A stretch of 32,000 bases of DNA from Trichodesmium erythraeum IMS101 (GCF_000014265.1 NC_008312.1:3630001-3662000), one strand, 5' to 3'; counted from the stretch's first letter, positions 1 to 10,630 are shown. The notes: generated from the sequence alone by a model not told the origin. Numbers and translations: made by a program.

Positions 1-362
1 TCCTCCCCCGGTTTTTTACTGCGAACAACTACCCGATAGTCATCTTGGTACTGAAAAATATGCTTGGCAGTGAGCACATAATAAGTAGAACCTTGTTTAC
101 CAATAATAACCCCCGAACCTGACGAGCTAAAAGGGTCACCTCCAGAAACAGTACTACGAGCAACAACTTCTACAGTAATATTTTCAGCTAATCTATATAT
201 ATAAATTTGGTTGAAAGGAGCATTGTCTTGTCTAGGAGTAATAATTGGATCAGGTCTAGAAATTTTAGTAGAAACATCTGTACTTATTTGTGATTCATAT
301 TTATTGCAGCTGACCAGAGCAATAGTAATTAACCCAACAGTTAGTTTAGTAATATGTTTCAT
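1..362 (-). CDS. Trypsin-like (S1) serine protease, putative lipoprotein; 5' part only, gene runs off the left edge
   Basis: My reverse translation from the ATG at 362-360 stays open to base 1. It reads MKHITKLTVGLITIALVSC (signal peptide with lipobox-like LVSC) ... SSGSGVIIGKQGSTYYVLTAKHI. The GSG-x-I...LTA-x-H block is typical of the region around the catalytic His of trypsin-like peptidases. It is absent from the ORF track because it has no stop in the window. Confidence 0.55.
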   Translation of the reverse strand, partial: MKHITKLTVGLITIALVSCNKYESQISTDVSTKISRPDPIITPRQDNAPFNQIYIYRLAENITVEVVARSTVSGGDPFSSSGSGVIIGKQGSTYYVLTAKHIFQYQDDYRVVVRSKKPGE

Positions 363-488
363 TATAGTTATTTTCTTCCTTAAATATTTAGAAATTACTT
401 TAATATTTTCTCACCATTCAGCTATTAGCATTTACCTCTCAGGTTTTAAACCTATGCAAGTAACTACTAAAGTTACCTAATGACCAAA

Positions 489-528
489 TTCCCTTCCTTT
501 CTTTTCCCCTCTTTTCCCTTCCTTTCCT
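489..528. repeat. 40-nt pure pyrimidine (C/T) tract
   Basis: ttcccttcctttcttttcccctcttttcccttcctttcct contains only C and T and is roughly mirror-symmetric. It lies ~130 nt upstream of the protease start codon. Confidence 0.8.
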
Positions 529-626
529 AACATACAGAATGCTACACAAACCGAGCTTTACCAACATAACTTTTTAACTATCCTTTGAGATAAACTCCTC
601 CTTCCCACGTAACCAGTTAATAACTC

Positions 627-654
627 ATAGCCGATAGCCGATAGCCAATAGCTG
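627..654. repeat. STRR-type heptamer tandem repeat (ATAGCCG x4, last two degenerate)
   Basis: Direct reading gives atagccg atagccg atagcca atagctg. Short tandemly repeated heptamers are characteristic of heterocystous cyanobacteria. Confidence 0.8.
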
Positions 655-1291
655 AATACTTACTATCTTTTAAATTTTAGCCATATTATAACAGCAACTC
701 CCACAATAATAGACTTAGTTAACCATTCTTGATTTACTAATATTTCTTCACCATTAGTTTATATATATCGATCCAATTATACCCATCAAATTACAGCTAA
801 TTTCCCGCAAACGACCTACAAAGTAAATCGTAAAAATCATCCAGTGTAGGCATCTGGCCCCCGTAGACATCTAGCCCCCGTAGGCCTACCTCATAAACCT
901 GAAACACCCTGTATATAGATTATGGTAAAACCCCACAAACAGAATAGTTTGTAGTAGAAAACCAGGCCACCAAGTAACTGCTCTCCAGATAACTGACCTC
1001 AGAGCATAGCCTAACTGAAACCTCCGTCAAGGCCCATAACCAAAAGGAGGCTAGTCCTCTATCATCTCCCTATTCCTGATGTAGAGAGATTATATGCAAC
1101 CTCCCTACCCACAGTCCTTTGTATGGAACCTCCCTACGGACCCCCTTCCCCTAGTCCTGAAAAATCCTTTTTGAGCCCACCCTACCTTAAAGTTGGGATA
1201 AAAAAAAGGAGAATCAAAAAAAAGTCCCCCTTTCAGATAAAGACTTAGGGAGAGCAGAAAAATACCATTAAATTAGGTAAGTTGCCAGAAA

Positions 1292-1852
1292 TTATTTAGT
1301 AGGTGAAGAATACCGCAACATTGAATTAATATCAAGAACCTTAATATCCCCATATTGTTCAAAAATAGTAGCTGAATGTCTCAGAGGCTCAACAGAATCT
1401 TTGAGATTTAATTCACCCATTTGATTAACCATTTCTTGAGCATTATCACCAGGTTTAAGAGTCATCAAAACATTAGTATTAGGACAGCTACCAGTATAGC
1501 CATCTAGACTAGAAAGAGCACATAATACAGGTAAGTTATTTGTACGACTAGGAACAATTTTCCTCAAACTTCCTATACTTTGAAAACGATTAAATCTATT
1601 AGAAATTATACGGCAACGCTTCTGGGGATCATATCCAGCATTAATGAAATAATTACTTTCCCAAATAATGAGAGTTATTTTCCCCCGAATGGGATGGTCT
1701 GCAATAGTAGCAGACTTACCATTATCAGTACCACAGTAGAAACTAGCCAAGCCACCATTTTGTTGAGCCCGACTATGGTGAGTTAGACCAAAAATTACAG
1801 CCAAACTAAAACAACTAATAGTTGCCCATCGTTGGACAAATTTAAAATTCAT
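1292..1852 (-). CDS. COP23 (circadian oscillating protein 23) family secreted protein
   Basis: The ORF-track protein has a signal peptide followed by FYCGTDNGKSATIADHPIRGKITLIIWESNYFINAGYDPQKRCRIISNRFNRF. This matches the COP23 pattern as I recall it (FxCG..., I-x-W-x-S-x-YF, GY-x-PQ-x-RC-x-x-VS-x-RF). The track start at 1861 is GTG. The ATG at 1852 (MNFKFVQRW...) has a GGAG 8 nt upstream, so I prefer it. Confidence 0.7.
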   Translation of the reverse strand: MNFKFVQRWATISCFSLAVIFGLTHHSRAQQNGGLASFYCGTDNGKSATIADHPIRGKITLIIWESNYFINAGYDPQKRCRIISNRFNRFQSIGSLRKIVPSRTNNLPVLCALSSLDGYTGSCPNTNVLMTLKPGDNAQEMVNQMGELNLKDSVEPLRHSATIFEQYGDIKVLDINSMLRYSSPTK

Positions 1853-2058
1853 ACATAGCACTCCTTTACCAACAAAGATATAGTAATTATAGTCAAATTT
1901 TTCCTTGAGTTGCTATTTGGAATATAGCTTTAAATTTTTTGTAGTATTCTGCCTTTAAAGTTGGTATCAACAAATAGAAACTTTCAGGTAAAAAAAAAGT
2001 GGGTTTTTGTAGGATAATTTAATTTTTGCTGAATGTAAAAAAACAACTTATGAACTTG

Positions 2059-2676
2059 TTAATTATCAGTTTTCCTTTTTTCTGCTGCAATATTTTTCTC
2101 AAGTTTTAGCAAAGCCTGATTAACTTTTTCCTCCAACTTTTGAAAACTTTGTTCTCTTAAACTACTCCATTCTGGCAACTTATTAATAAACTGTTGTAAA
2201 TCAACAATTACACTTGCTAAATCATTAATTTGTTTCAGTTCCGGCCGCTGGTTAAACTGCTGAGAAAATAAATTTAATTCTGCTTGCAATAGTTTTATAG
2301 TTTTCTCCTGAATATCTAATCGATTCGACAAAGTTTTAAGAGTTTCCAGCAAAGGTTGAATTTTTTCTTCTACCTGATGAATTTCTAATACTTCAGTTGT
2401 AGACTTCAAAGATTTTATATTATTTTGTAACTCAGAAATTATTTCAGAAATTGAATCTTGATATTTGTCTATTTTCCCAGTTGTCTCAAATTTAATTGCT
2501 TTAATTTGCGCTCCTAAATTTCGTCTATTCACAAGATTAATTAATAAAGAAATTAAGACCAAACCTAATGGATAAACAATTGGTTTTTGCCAAAAATAAT
2601 TAACAAAAATTCCAACAGCAGAGGCAAAAATAAAAACATATTCAGCTATTTCTAAAAAGCGAAGGCGGTGCAACAT
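2059..2676 (-). CDS. Hypothetical membrane-anchored coiled-coil protein
   Basis: 205-aa ORF. It has two N-terminal hydrophobic segments (VFIFASAVGIFVNYFW, VYPLGLVLISLLINLV), then a long heptad-like, Glu/Lys/Gln/Leu-rich region. I recognise no family. Confidence 0.55.
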   Translation of the reverse strand: MLHRLRFLEIAEYVFIFASAVGIFVNYFWQKPIVYPLGLVLISLLINLVNRRNLGAQIKAIKFETTGKIDKYQDSISEIISELQNNIKSLKSTTEVLEIHQVEEKIQPLLETLKTLSNRLDIQEKTIKLLQAELNLFSQQFNQRPELKQINDLASVIVDLQQFINKLPEWSSLREQSFQKLEEKVNQALLKLEKNIAAEKRKTDN

Positions 2677-2680
2677 ATTT

Positions 2681-2710
2681 TTAGTTATTAGTTATTAGTT
2701 ATTAGTTATT
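2681..2710. repeat. STRR heptamer tandem repeat (TTAGTTA x4; TAACTAA on the minus strand)
   Basis: ttagtta is repeated four times, immediately 5' of the start codon (2676) of the minus-strand coiled-coil gene. Confidence 0.85.
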
Positions 2711-3419
2711 CCCCTGAGGAAGAACTAGATTATTCATGTTATTTAAGGAAACAATACCACCGTGAAGCCGGAAGCTTAAAACCTTATTTATTGGACAAGT
2801 TGTTTATAGACAGCGATCGCTTATAACGTTAGAAGTGGTTGAAAAACTACAAGCTATATAGCTGAAGTTAAAAATCATACCACCGATAAAAAAATATACT
2901 TGACAGTAGTGTATCCTAATAAAAGTAGCTAAAAAAGAATAGCTCTAATACCATTTATCAAAAAGTTTTTAACTTACCTAACCACATAAATTATGATGTG
3001 ACTTGATTATATATATAAACACAAACAATACTAAAAGATATTATATTATAACACTTTAAAAAAAATAATGATATCAATAAGTAGCTGTAAATTATTAAAA
3101 TCAGGCATAAAACCTTCTCTATTAGCCACTTTTAAAATTAGTATCAGAAGCTAAATTATCACCGTAATTAAATTTTAAAATAGCAAGAATATTCTAACTA
3201 ACCTGATAAGTACTATACATGTTTGTGTAAAAAAATTATGAGTCAATAAATCTCTGTAATTTGTACAAGTGCTCATAGATTTTTTACTCCAGTTAGGTTA
3301 TATTAACTCCCATGTATAAACGCTAGACTGAAGTAACATTTAAATTATTAAGTAACTAACATAGGTAGAATAACCTTTTTTATAATTAATGTTCTTATTC
3401 ATATTAATTTAATAATATT

Positions 3420-3462
3420 GTACGGACGTTGCATATACAGACATTGTATGCAGCATCCGTAC
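3420..3462. repeat. Imperfect 16-bp inverted repeat (dispersed hairpin repeat of the GTACGGACGTTGCATA type)
   Basis: The arms are gtacggacgttgcata (3420-3435) and tatgcagcatccgtac (3447-3462), with 2 mismatches. Related half-sites occur at 1095-1140, 9961-9987 and 17443-17474. Confidence 0.6.
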
Positions 3463-3779
3463 TTCTCGAGGGTGGCAGTTAGACCTATACCTCCTACTCA
3501 ATATCAGGGTTGAAAAGTTTTTGAGAAATGGTATTATTCTCAGAGATTAAAGTTTATAATTGTCTTCAGCCTTCATAAATAGTTATCTGGAAATATCAGT
3601 AACTTGTGTACATGATTTTTTTTATTTTTGAGCCGGATCAAAATAATAAATAACAGCAGTATCATTAGAGCTTATAATGACAGATTTTCAGGATATAAAA
3701 TTAGACAAAAGCTACTATCTATGAATAATAAAAGGTGAGTACTTATGATCATAAATCATAACCCACCTTGAGGTTTTTT

Positions 3780-5186
3780 TCATATTTGTAGAATCATTCG
3801 TGCCAAGTTGAAATAAATTAAAACACCGAGAACATCCACAGCAGTTGTAATAAAAGGTGCTGACATTAATGCTGGGTCTAACCCAAATGAGCGAAACAAA
3901 AATGGCAAAGCAGAGCCAGCAATAGAAGCCAAAGTTGAGATAGCGACTAAACTTATTCCTACGGTCACTGAGACTTCTAAATTTCCATTAACAATAAATA
4001 AGTATGCCCAAGCTGTTGCCAATAAACCGAGAATACTTCCAAGCATGGCACCAGCACAAGCTTCACGGATAATGACTTTCAGAATTCCAATTTTCCAGAT
4101 TTCATCAGTATTCATACCCCGAATGACAACAGTTGAAGACTGCGCCCCCACATTTCCACCAGTACCAGTTAATAATGGAATAAATGCTGCCAAAGTAACT
4201 ACCTTTTTCAGAATATCTTCTTGTGCTGTAATAATTCCACCTGTAACACTATTTGTCAGTAGTAAAACAAATAACCAAACTACCCTTCTACGAGCAACAG
4301 TAAATAAATTCACCTGGAAATAATTATCACCATCAGACTGCACCCCACCTAAAGCATAAATATCTTCAGTAGTTTCCTGTTCCAAAATATCAAGAACATC
4401 ATCAACGGTAATAATGCCCACAAGTCTTTGTTCACTGTCAACTACTGGTATTGCTAAAAAATCATAACGCTGAATAACACGGACAACTTCTTCTTGGTCA
4501 GTACCAGTTTGCACCGAGACAAAGTCACGACTCATTATTTCCCCAATAGTTTGGTTGAGCTGAGAGGTAACTAAGTCTCGAAGTGATAAAATACCTGTAA
4601 GATAACGGTTAGTGTCAGTGACATATAGAGAATAAACTGTCTCGGTAACATTAGCTAGTGAACGAATACGTTCTAAACTTTCGGCAACGGTATATTCTTC
4701 TTTAAGGGAGATGTATTCTGGAGTCATTATCCGCCCTGCTGTTCCGGAGTCATAACCCAGGAGTTGGGCGGTAGCTTGGCGTTCAGTAGGACTGAGTTGA
4801 CCTAATAAACGTCGGACAACAGCTGCTGGAAGTTCTTCAAAGAGTTTGACACGATCATCAGGGGACATTTTATCAACAATATCTATGACTTCTTGGCGCT
4901 TAAACTTTTCACATAAAGACTGTTGTACAGTAGAGCCTAGTTGTTCATAAACTTCGATCGCTTCTACTTTAGGCAGTAACCGAAAAGCAATGACTTGCAT
5001 AGTTTCTGGTAAACCTTCGATCGCTTCAGCAATATCGGCTGGTTGTACTGGTACTAAAAGAGCTTTGGCTCCAGACAAATTATCTTGTTCTAGTAGAGTT
5101 TGAAGCTGCGATCGAACTAATTCCCGTAGTTCTTGACGAGAAATAGTGGTTATGGAAGGGGGTGAATATTTATTCTTTTCAATCAA
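3780..5186 (-). CDS. mgtE: Magnesium transporter MgtE
   Basis: 468 aa with MgtE architecture: an N-terminal domain, tandem CBS region (...GILSLRDLV..., ...LVGIITVDDVLD...) and a C-terminal 5-TM domain (...GTGGNVGAQSS...PFITTAVDVLGVLIYF...). It starts at TTG with GGAGGG 8 nt upstream. Confidence 0.9.
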   Translation of the reverse strand: MIEKNKYSPPSITTISRQELRELVRSQLQTLLEQDNLSGAKALLVPVQPADIAEAIEGLPETMQVIAFRLLPKVEAIEVYEQLGSTVQQSLCEKFKRQEVIDIVDKMSPDDRVKLFEELPAAVVRRLLGQLSPTERQATAQLLGYDSGTAGRIMTPEYISLKEEYTVAESLERIRSLANVTETVYSLYVTDTNRYLTGILSLRDLVTSQLNQTIGEIMSRDFVSVQTGTDQEEVVRVIQRYDFLAIPVVDSEQRLVGIITVDDVLDILEQETTEDIYALGGVQSDGDNYFQVNLFTVARRRVVWLFVLLLTNSVTGGIITAQEDILKKVVTLAAFIPLLTGTGGNVGAQSSTVVIRGMNTDEIWKIGILKVIIREACAGAMLGSILGLLATAWAYLFIVNGNLEVSVTVGISLVAISTLASIAGSALPFLFRSFGLDPALMSAPFITTAVDVLGVLIYFNLARMILQI

Positions 5187-5608
5187 AGTTAGCCCTCCTA
5201 TGAGATATGTTCCTGAGTTCAGTTTAGAAGCTAAGGGAAATTTTTTTTTCCCTTAGAGTCAATAAAGTCCTAGTTTTTAGGGTGTGGTTTGTACCATTTT
5301 GCAAAAACTTTTCTATGTTTTCTTGAGGTAGGGAGTGAAGGACTCCCAATAAATTAGGTATAAAAAGATATTAACTCCTGCTAAAAGAAAAAAAAATAAT
5401 AAGTTATGCAGAATTAATTATATATGCTTTTAATAGAAAATTTTACTCTCCCTGACATTATAGATGTGGGCTATATTAATTATTTGTTTCTTGAGCCCAA
5501 TAAACCGAGCTCATCATATCTTAATTATTTCATCATCACAAGTAATTAAACAATTTATGCTTAACTATTCCATTCTGAAAATGACTTATTTTTTGTTTCT
5601 ATATACAA

Positions 5609-7234
5609 CTATGTTTTTATTTTTTCAACTACCACTACAGGAATTAAACTCTTTTCTAAAACTGCTTGAGAAACTGACCCAACTAACACATTGTCCCATA
5701 AACGATCCCCCTTTTTTCCTATGACAATTTCTGCTGCTCCATACTCTTGCGCTATAAAAATTATTTCTTCTGAAGCATCACCCGCAACAGTTATAAACTG
5801 ATGCCGAATATCTGCCAAAAGTTGCCTAGTTTGCTGTCGCAGTTGCTCAATACTGTTGCGGTATTCAAATTGAAGAACGTGCAAGACTACAATTTCCCCG
5901 TCACAACGCCTCGCCAGTTCTGCAGCTTTTAATAACACATCAACGGCAAGAGGTGAGGTATCAACGGCGGCTAATAATATAATAGGACGAGCGATCGCTA
6001 CTTTTGTCGGATCGACTTCTCCTTTTTCTAACAGTTTTGGTGCTAAGGCAGGTATTGCCCAAGCTCCCAAAGGTGCTGTGACTAATATGGAAAGGGCGGC
6101 GATCGCTAAAATTGTTTCTCCTCCCTCAATGCCTACCGCTAGAGGAATAGCACCAATAGCAGCCTGCACAGTTGCTTTTGCAGAATTTCCAGGTAGTAAA
6201 AATAGACGTTCTTGCAAATTCCAATTACTGCCCAAGGTCGAGAGATACCAACCAAACATCCGCCCGACAAAAGTACCCAGAGCTAAAATTAATAACCCCA
6301 CTAAGAAGACATTTTCTAGGACTTGCAAGGGGATACTAGCACCGAGCAAAACAAACAAAATTATTTGCGCTATCGTCCACAAGGTCTCAAAACCATTTCT
6401 TAAGCGTCGCCCCAGGGGAGGATCAAATTCGAGCACAAAAAATCCTGTTGCCATGACTGCCAAATAACCAGAGAATATGGGGAATTTTTCTGCTAAGACT
6501 ACTAATAAGAGGGTCAGGCTTCCAGCAACTAAAGTATCTTGGGTAGAATTTTGAGTCCAATTTTGTTTGACTAATAATAATACTAATATTTGCGCCATCA
6601 GCAACCCAGCGATCGCTCCCAAAATTATTTGCAGAGTAACCTGAAAGGGTAATATTTGTAATAAGTTTATAGTGATGCCACCAGGTAAAGTTATGCCAAT
6701 AGTTGTTCCCTGGGATAAAAATGCCAGTAGTAAACTAAAAATTAACAACAGCAAAACATCTGACAAAGCACTACCAGTTAAAATTGCATCAGGAATACCT
6801 TTAGTCACGCCCCAACCCAAACTTTTGAGCCGCAACATTCCAGGAACAATAACTGCAGGAGACTCGGCACCGATGATACAGCCTAATAACAACCCGGTAG
6901 CAAAGTCAAAATTAAGTAACCACATAGCGGCTAGGGCAATAACAATAGCTTCACAGGTTGCTGGGAGAAAACCTAGGCGCAGTGCTACACTACCTTGTTG
7001 TGCTAATTTTTCTCTGTCTAGACCTAAGCCTGCTTTCATTAAAATTATTGTTACAGCAAAGGTGCGCAGAGAGTCGGCAGCTTCCAAAATGCTAGAGTCG
7101 ATAGTATTGCTAATTTGAGGACCTAATAATATTCCCACTAATAGCATTCCTATTAGGGGTGGTGCTTTTAACCTCAAGGCAATTTCACCGACAAAAAAGC
7201 CAGTTAATAATATCCAAATAATACTTTCTAGCAT
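5609..7234 (-). CDS. Cation:proton antiporter (CPA family) with C-terminal universal stress protein (USP) domain
   Basis: 541 aa. About 400 aa are polytopic Na+/H+-exchanger-like membrane domain. The C-terminal ~130 aa is a USP-like alpha/beta domain (ILLAAVDTSPLAVDVLLKAAELARR...VVLHV...EIVIGKKGDRLWDNVLVGSVSQAVLEKSLIPVVVV). Confidence 0.8.
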   Translation of the reverse strand: MLESIIWILLTGFFVGEIALRLKAPPLIGMLLVGILLGPQISNTIDSSILEAADSLRTFAVTIILMKAGLGLDREKLAQQGSVALRLGFLPATCEAIVIALAAMWLLNFDFATGLLLGCIIGAESPAVIVPGMLRLKSLGWGVTKGIPDAILTGSALSDVLLLLIFSLLLAFLSQGTTIGITLPGGITINLLQILPFQVTLQIILGAIAGLLMAQILVLLLVKQNWTQNSTQDTLVAGSLTLLLVVLAEKFPIFSGYLAVMATGFFVLEFDPPLGRRLRNGFETLWTIAQIILFVLLGASIPLQVLENVFLVGLLILALGTFVGRMFGWYLSTLGSNWNLQERLFLLPGNSAKATVQAAIGAIPLAVGIEGGETILAIAALSILVTAPLGAWAIPALAPKLLEKGEVDPTKVAIARPIILLAAVDTSPLAVDVLLKAAELARRCDGEIVVLHVLQFEYRNSIEQLRQQTRQLLADIRHQFITVAGDASEEIIFIAQEYGAAEIVIGKKGDRLWDNVLVGSVSQAVLEKSLIPVVVVEKIKT

Positions 7235-8103
7235 AGTTTAAGAATTAATAATTAATCTAATAATAGGTTGGAATAAGCTATTGTTAAAACTAACAATTTT
7301 AAGTTTTTTGTTGTTTTTTTATCAGGTAAAAATAACCTAAAAAATATTGTTTTTGTTTTTTACTTCAAGGTAATTTTGCTCATAAATTTCACAATTTATA
7401 TTTTTAAAAAAAACATTTTTTTCTGGCCTGGTATTAGTTTAAAAAGATTATTTTTGGTGAAAATACCAATATTTAAACATTAAAAATGAATATAAATTAG
7501 AGCTATTTGTAAATAAATTTTGAGGATAATTTAGCTGATTATAAAAAAAATTGTAATCTAAATATAAGCTAGTGCTAGGTGATTTTTATTTTGAAGTTTA
7601 CAATTTTTTTATACCTCAAAAAAAATTATTTAACTTTGGTGGTAAGTGATGCTAATAGATTATAATTTATCATCAAAATAAACTGATAAAAATGAATCTA
7701 AGGGAAATTCAAGATTTTAGCGATCGCTAACTTCAAGCAAGTCAAACAGCTTCGGATGTGTTTATTGTAGCAAAACCTCCATCTAAAAAATAATTGGGAC
7801 TTAGGCCAAAACTAAGTTGAGGGACAAAATTTTGTGAGAGTAAAAATTTAGGGCATAAGCATCTGTAGTGTTAAAGTTTTGAGCAGATAAAAGTTAACTT
7901 TTGACTTTTTATTTTAGACTTTTGGCTTTTATAAAGTAGTATAAACATCATCAGAACTTGGGCAAATAAACCCATAAACCAGGCTTTTTTGTAAATATCT
8001 ATTGTTAAAAATAAAGATTTATCCTAGAAACCGGGCCTCCGCCTGGGTAAGTCTTAATAATGATATTATGTATTGTTTAGCTAAATTTGTAATTTAGACA
8101 ATT

Positions 8104-9891
8104 ATGCGAACCCATTATTGTGGCCAAGTAAATAGTAATAATATTGAAGAAACTGTGAACCTCTGTGGATGGGTAGACCGCCGTCGGGATCATGGGGGGG
8201 TAATTTTTTTAGACTTGCGCGATCGCTCTGGTCTTATCCAAATTGTCAGCGACCCAGAGCGCACACCAGACTCCTATCAAATAGCAGGAGATATTCGTAA
8301 TGAATATGTTGTACAGATCACAGGTCGAGTCAGTCGTCGCCCCGAAGAGTCTCTCAACCCCAAACTTCCTACTGGGGAAATCGAAATTTACGCCGATGAT
8401 ATTCAACTATTGAATGGCTTAGGTAAACAACTGCCATTTCAGGTTTCCACAGCTGAAACAGAAGCAGTACGAGAAGAGTTGCGACTAAAATACCGATATT
8501 TAGACTTGAGAAGGGAACGCATGACTCGCAACTTATTATTACGTCATGAAGTTATCAAAGCGATACGTCGTTTTCTGGAAGACGAACAAAATTTTGTTGA
8601 AATTGAAACCCCGATCCTAACACGCTCTACTCCAGAAGGAGCAAGGGATTATCTAGTTCCCAGTCGCGTTCATCCTGGGGAATGGTTTGCCTTACCCCAA
8701 TCTCCCCAACTTTTTAAGCAAATATTGATGGTGTCTGGTTTTGACCGTTATTATCAAATCGCCCGTTGTTTCCGGGATGAAGATTTGCGAGCGGATAGAC
8801 AACCAGAATTTACTCAGTTAGATATGGAAATGAGCTTCATGTCTCAGGAGGAAATTCTGCAGTTAAATGAGAAGTTGGTAGCTTACATTTTTCAGAAAGT
8901 AAAAGGTATAGACTTACCTTTACCATTTCCGCGACTGACTTATACCGAAGCGATGGAACGTTATGGTAGTGATAAACCTGATGTTCGCTTCGGTTTAGAA
9001 TTAGTGGATGTCTCTGACTTGATGAAAGATTCTGGTTTTAAGGTATTTTCCGGTGCCATTGCTAAAGGTGGGATCGTGAAAGTATTGCCTATTCCTGGAG
9101 GTAACGATGCCATCTCCAATGTTAGAATTAAACCTGGTGGAGACTTGTTTAAAGAAGCGAGTGAAGTAGGAGCAAAAGGTTTAGCTTACGTTCGTGTCAA
9201 AGAAGGCGGTAAGATAGATACTATTGGAGCTATCAAAGACAACCTCACCGATGAGCAAAAACAGGAATTACTCAAACGTACTAATGCTCAACCTGGTCAT
9301 TTGCTGTTATTTGCCGCGGATGACGCAAATACTGTTAATAAAACCTTAGACCGCCTCCGGTTGGTTATCGGGGAACAATTAGGATTAATTGATCAGGATA
9401 AAATTAGTCTATTATGGGTGACAGACTTTCCCATGTTTGAATGGAATGAGGATGAACAACGTTTGGAAGCTTTACACCACCCCTTTACTGCACCTCACCC
9501 AGACGATATTAATGACCTCAAGACTGCACGAGCCCAAGCTTATGATTTAGTGTTTAATGGTTATGAAGTTGGCGGTGGTAGTCTGCGGATATATCAACGG
9601 GATGTTCAGGAAAAGGTATTTGAAGCTATCGGTTTATCTGCTCAGGAAGCTGATAATAAGTTTGGCTTTTTATTGGAAGCATTTGAATATGGTACTCCTC
9701 CCCACGGTGGTATTGCTTATGGTTTAGATCGGTTAGTGATGCTGTTAGCAGTCGAGGAGTCTATTCGGGATGTAATTGCATTTCCGAAGACTCAACAGGC
9801 AAAGTGTTTGTTGGCAAATGCACCCTCTGAGGTTGATAAAAAGCAGTTGAAAGAATTACACGTTAGTTCTATTTCTAAGGCGAAATCTTAG
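8104..9891 (+). CDS. aspS: Aspartate--tRNA ligase (bacterial type, with GAD insertion domain)
   Basis: 595 aa. MRTHYCGQV...[23 protein letters not shown] is the OB-fold N-terminus. Class II motifs are present ([38 protein letters not shown]). Confidence 0.95.
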   Translation: MRTHYCGQVNSNNIEETVNLCGWVDRRRDHGGVIFLDLRDRSGLIQIVSDPERTPDSYQIAGDIRNEYVVQITGRVSRRPEESLNPKLPTGEIEIYADDIQLLNGLGKQLPFQVSTAETEAVREELRLKYRYLDLRRERMTRNLLLRHEVIKAIRRFLEDEQNFVEIETPILTRSTPEGARDYLVPSRVHPGEWFALPQSPQLFKQILMVSGFDRYYQIARCFRDEDLRADRQPEFTQLDMEMSFMSQEEILQLNEKLVAYIFQKVKGIDLPLPFPRLTYTEAMERYGSDKPDVRFGLELVDVSDLMKDSGFKVFSGAIAKGGIVKVLPIPGGNDAISNVRIKPGGDLFKEASEVGAKGLAYVRVKEGGKIDTIGAIKDNLTDEQKQELLKRTNAQPGHLLLFAADDANTVNKTLDRLRLVIGEQLGLIDQDKISLLWVTDFPMFEWNEDEQRLEALHHPFTAPHPDDINDLKTARAQAYDLVFNGYEVGGGSLRIYQRDVQEKVFEAIGLSAQEADNKFGFLLEAFEYGTPPHGGIAYGLDRLVMLLAVEESIRDVIAFPKTQQAKCLLANAPSEVDKKQLKELHVSSISKAKS

Positions 9892-9988
9892 CCAGACTTA
9901 CAGTACAAGGAGCAGGAAACCCACCCCCTTGCTGAACAAGTCTTTTTCAAGAATAGTAGAGGCCTTGCATGCAATGTCCCTACGGAGA

Positions 9989-10085
9989 AAAAAGTATATG
10001 GTTCGCAGTAGGGTTTTAGCCATTGAAATATTTACCTTAGAGCTAAAACCTTACTGCAAGCTTTAATTATAACTATTCAACCGGA
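9989..10085 (+). repeat. ~90-bp dispersed hairpin repeat, copy 1 of 2 in window
   Basis: The stem is 16 bp with 1 mismatch: gcagtagggttttagc (10005-10020) and gctaaaaccttactgc (10042-10057). The tail aagctttaattataactattcaacc follows. The head (tatatggtt) and tail are shared with 25688-25775. Confidence 0.7.
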
Positions 10086-10170
10086 CATGATATAAAAACA
10101 TTGATCATGCTTGATATTCAACATTCTACTATTTCCTTGATTTAATTCCAGTTTGCAAAATTTCTAAAAC

Positions 10171-10296
10171 TTATTCCATTGGTTGTACTCCTACAGGCGT
10201 CAATACCCGTCTTCAAATTGGCTTGAGACCAAAACGATGTTCATCCATTGCCCAGAGTTCTACAGTTGCTTCTAGATATTCAGCTTTCAAAAGTTC
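10171..10296 (-). pseudogene. IS630-family (DDE) transposase fragment, stop-interrupted
   Basis: My reverse translation gives ELLKAEYLEATVELWAMDEHRFGLKPI*RRVLTPVGVQPME*. The W-x-x-DE-x-RFGL...RR-x-W-x-x-x-G-x-x-P block is typical of the first catalytic-Asp region of IS630/Tc1-like transposases. No intact ORF remains. Confidence 0.5.
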
Positions 10297-10533
10297 AAAT
10301 GAGTGACAGAGTTTTTTTTTCCATTTTCCTTATTCGGCTAGAGTTGCCGAAAATTGAATCTTAGGCTAGAGTTCCATTTCTAGTTGGGCTGGTCGCTCAT
10401 TTAAACTCGGGTTTTATTTGAGTATTCCCACTTTTTTACTAGAATTACTGATCACTTAATTGAGATGCACTCCATTTGTTCACATTTTGCGCAAATATTA
10501 TCCAGGAGTTACCAAGGGAGAACCCAGAAACTA

Positions 10534-10620
10534 TTTTTTTAAATCAATTTTTTTAAATCAATTTTTTTAAATCAATTTTTTTAAATCAATTTTTTTAAAT
10601 CAATTTTTTTAAATCAATTT
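10534..10620. repeat. 14-bp tandem repeat (AAATCAATTTTTTT), about 6 copies
   Basis: Units start at 10541, 10555, 10569, 10583, 10597 and 10611 and are perfectly identical. The array ends 10 nt from the stop codon of the heterocyclase gene. Confidence 0.95.
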
Positions 10621-10630
10621 CCCGGCCTCA

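Noticed and set aside
211-480. 89-aa plus-strand ORF
   Set aside because: It uses a non-ATG start and has a low-complexity hydrophobic sequence. It is antisense to the N-terminus of the much better supported minus-strand protease gene.
1580-1786. 68-aa ORF antisense to the COP23 gene
   Set aside because: It is a shadow ORF inside a well-supported CDS and has no recognisable motifs.
4045-4323. 92-aa ORF antisense to mgtE
   Set aside because: It is a shadow ORF inside mgtE.
5187-5460. Possible Mg2+ riboswitch (M-box) in the mgtE leader; hairpin ctaaggga-N-tcccttag at 5231-5256
   Set aside because: I see only one simple A/T-loop hairpin. I cannot recognise the multi-helix M-box core by eye, so an Rfam scan is needed before making any claim.
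5464-5724. 86-aa plus-strand ORF overlapping the 3' end of the antiporter gene
   Set aside because: It is AT-rich and low-complexity, has no ribosome-binding site, and overlaps the antiporter's USP-domain coding region on the other strand.
6078-7118. Two plus-strand ORFs (129 and 148 aa) inside the antiporter gene
   Set aside because: They are antisense shadows of a GC-skewed membrane-protein gene. Their Arg/Lys/Pro-rich composition is typical of such artefacts.
8209-8406. 65-aa ORF antisense to aspS
   Set aside because: It is a shadow ORF.
10534-10620. The 14-bp tandem array considered as a CRISPR-like array
   Set aside because: The units are contiguous with no spacers and are far too short. 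It is a plain microsatellite-type repeat.
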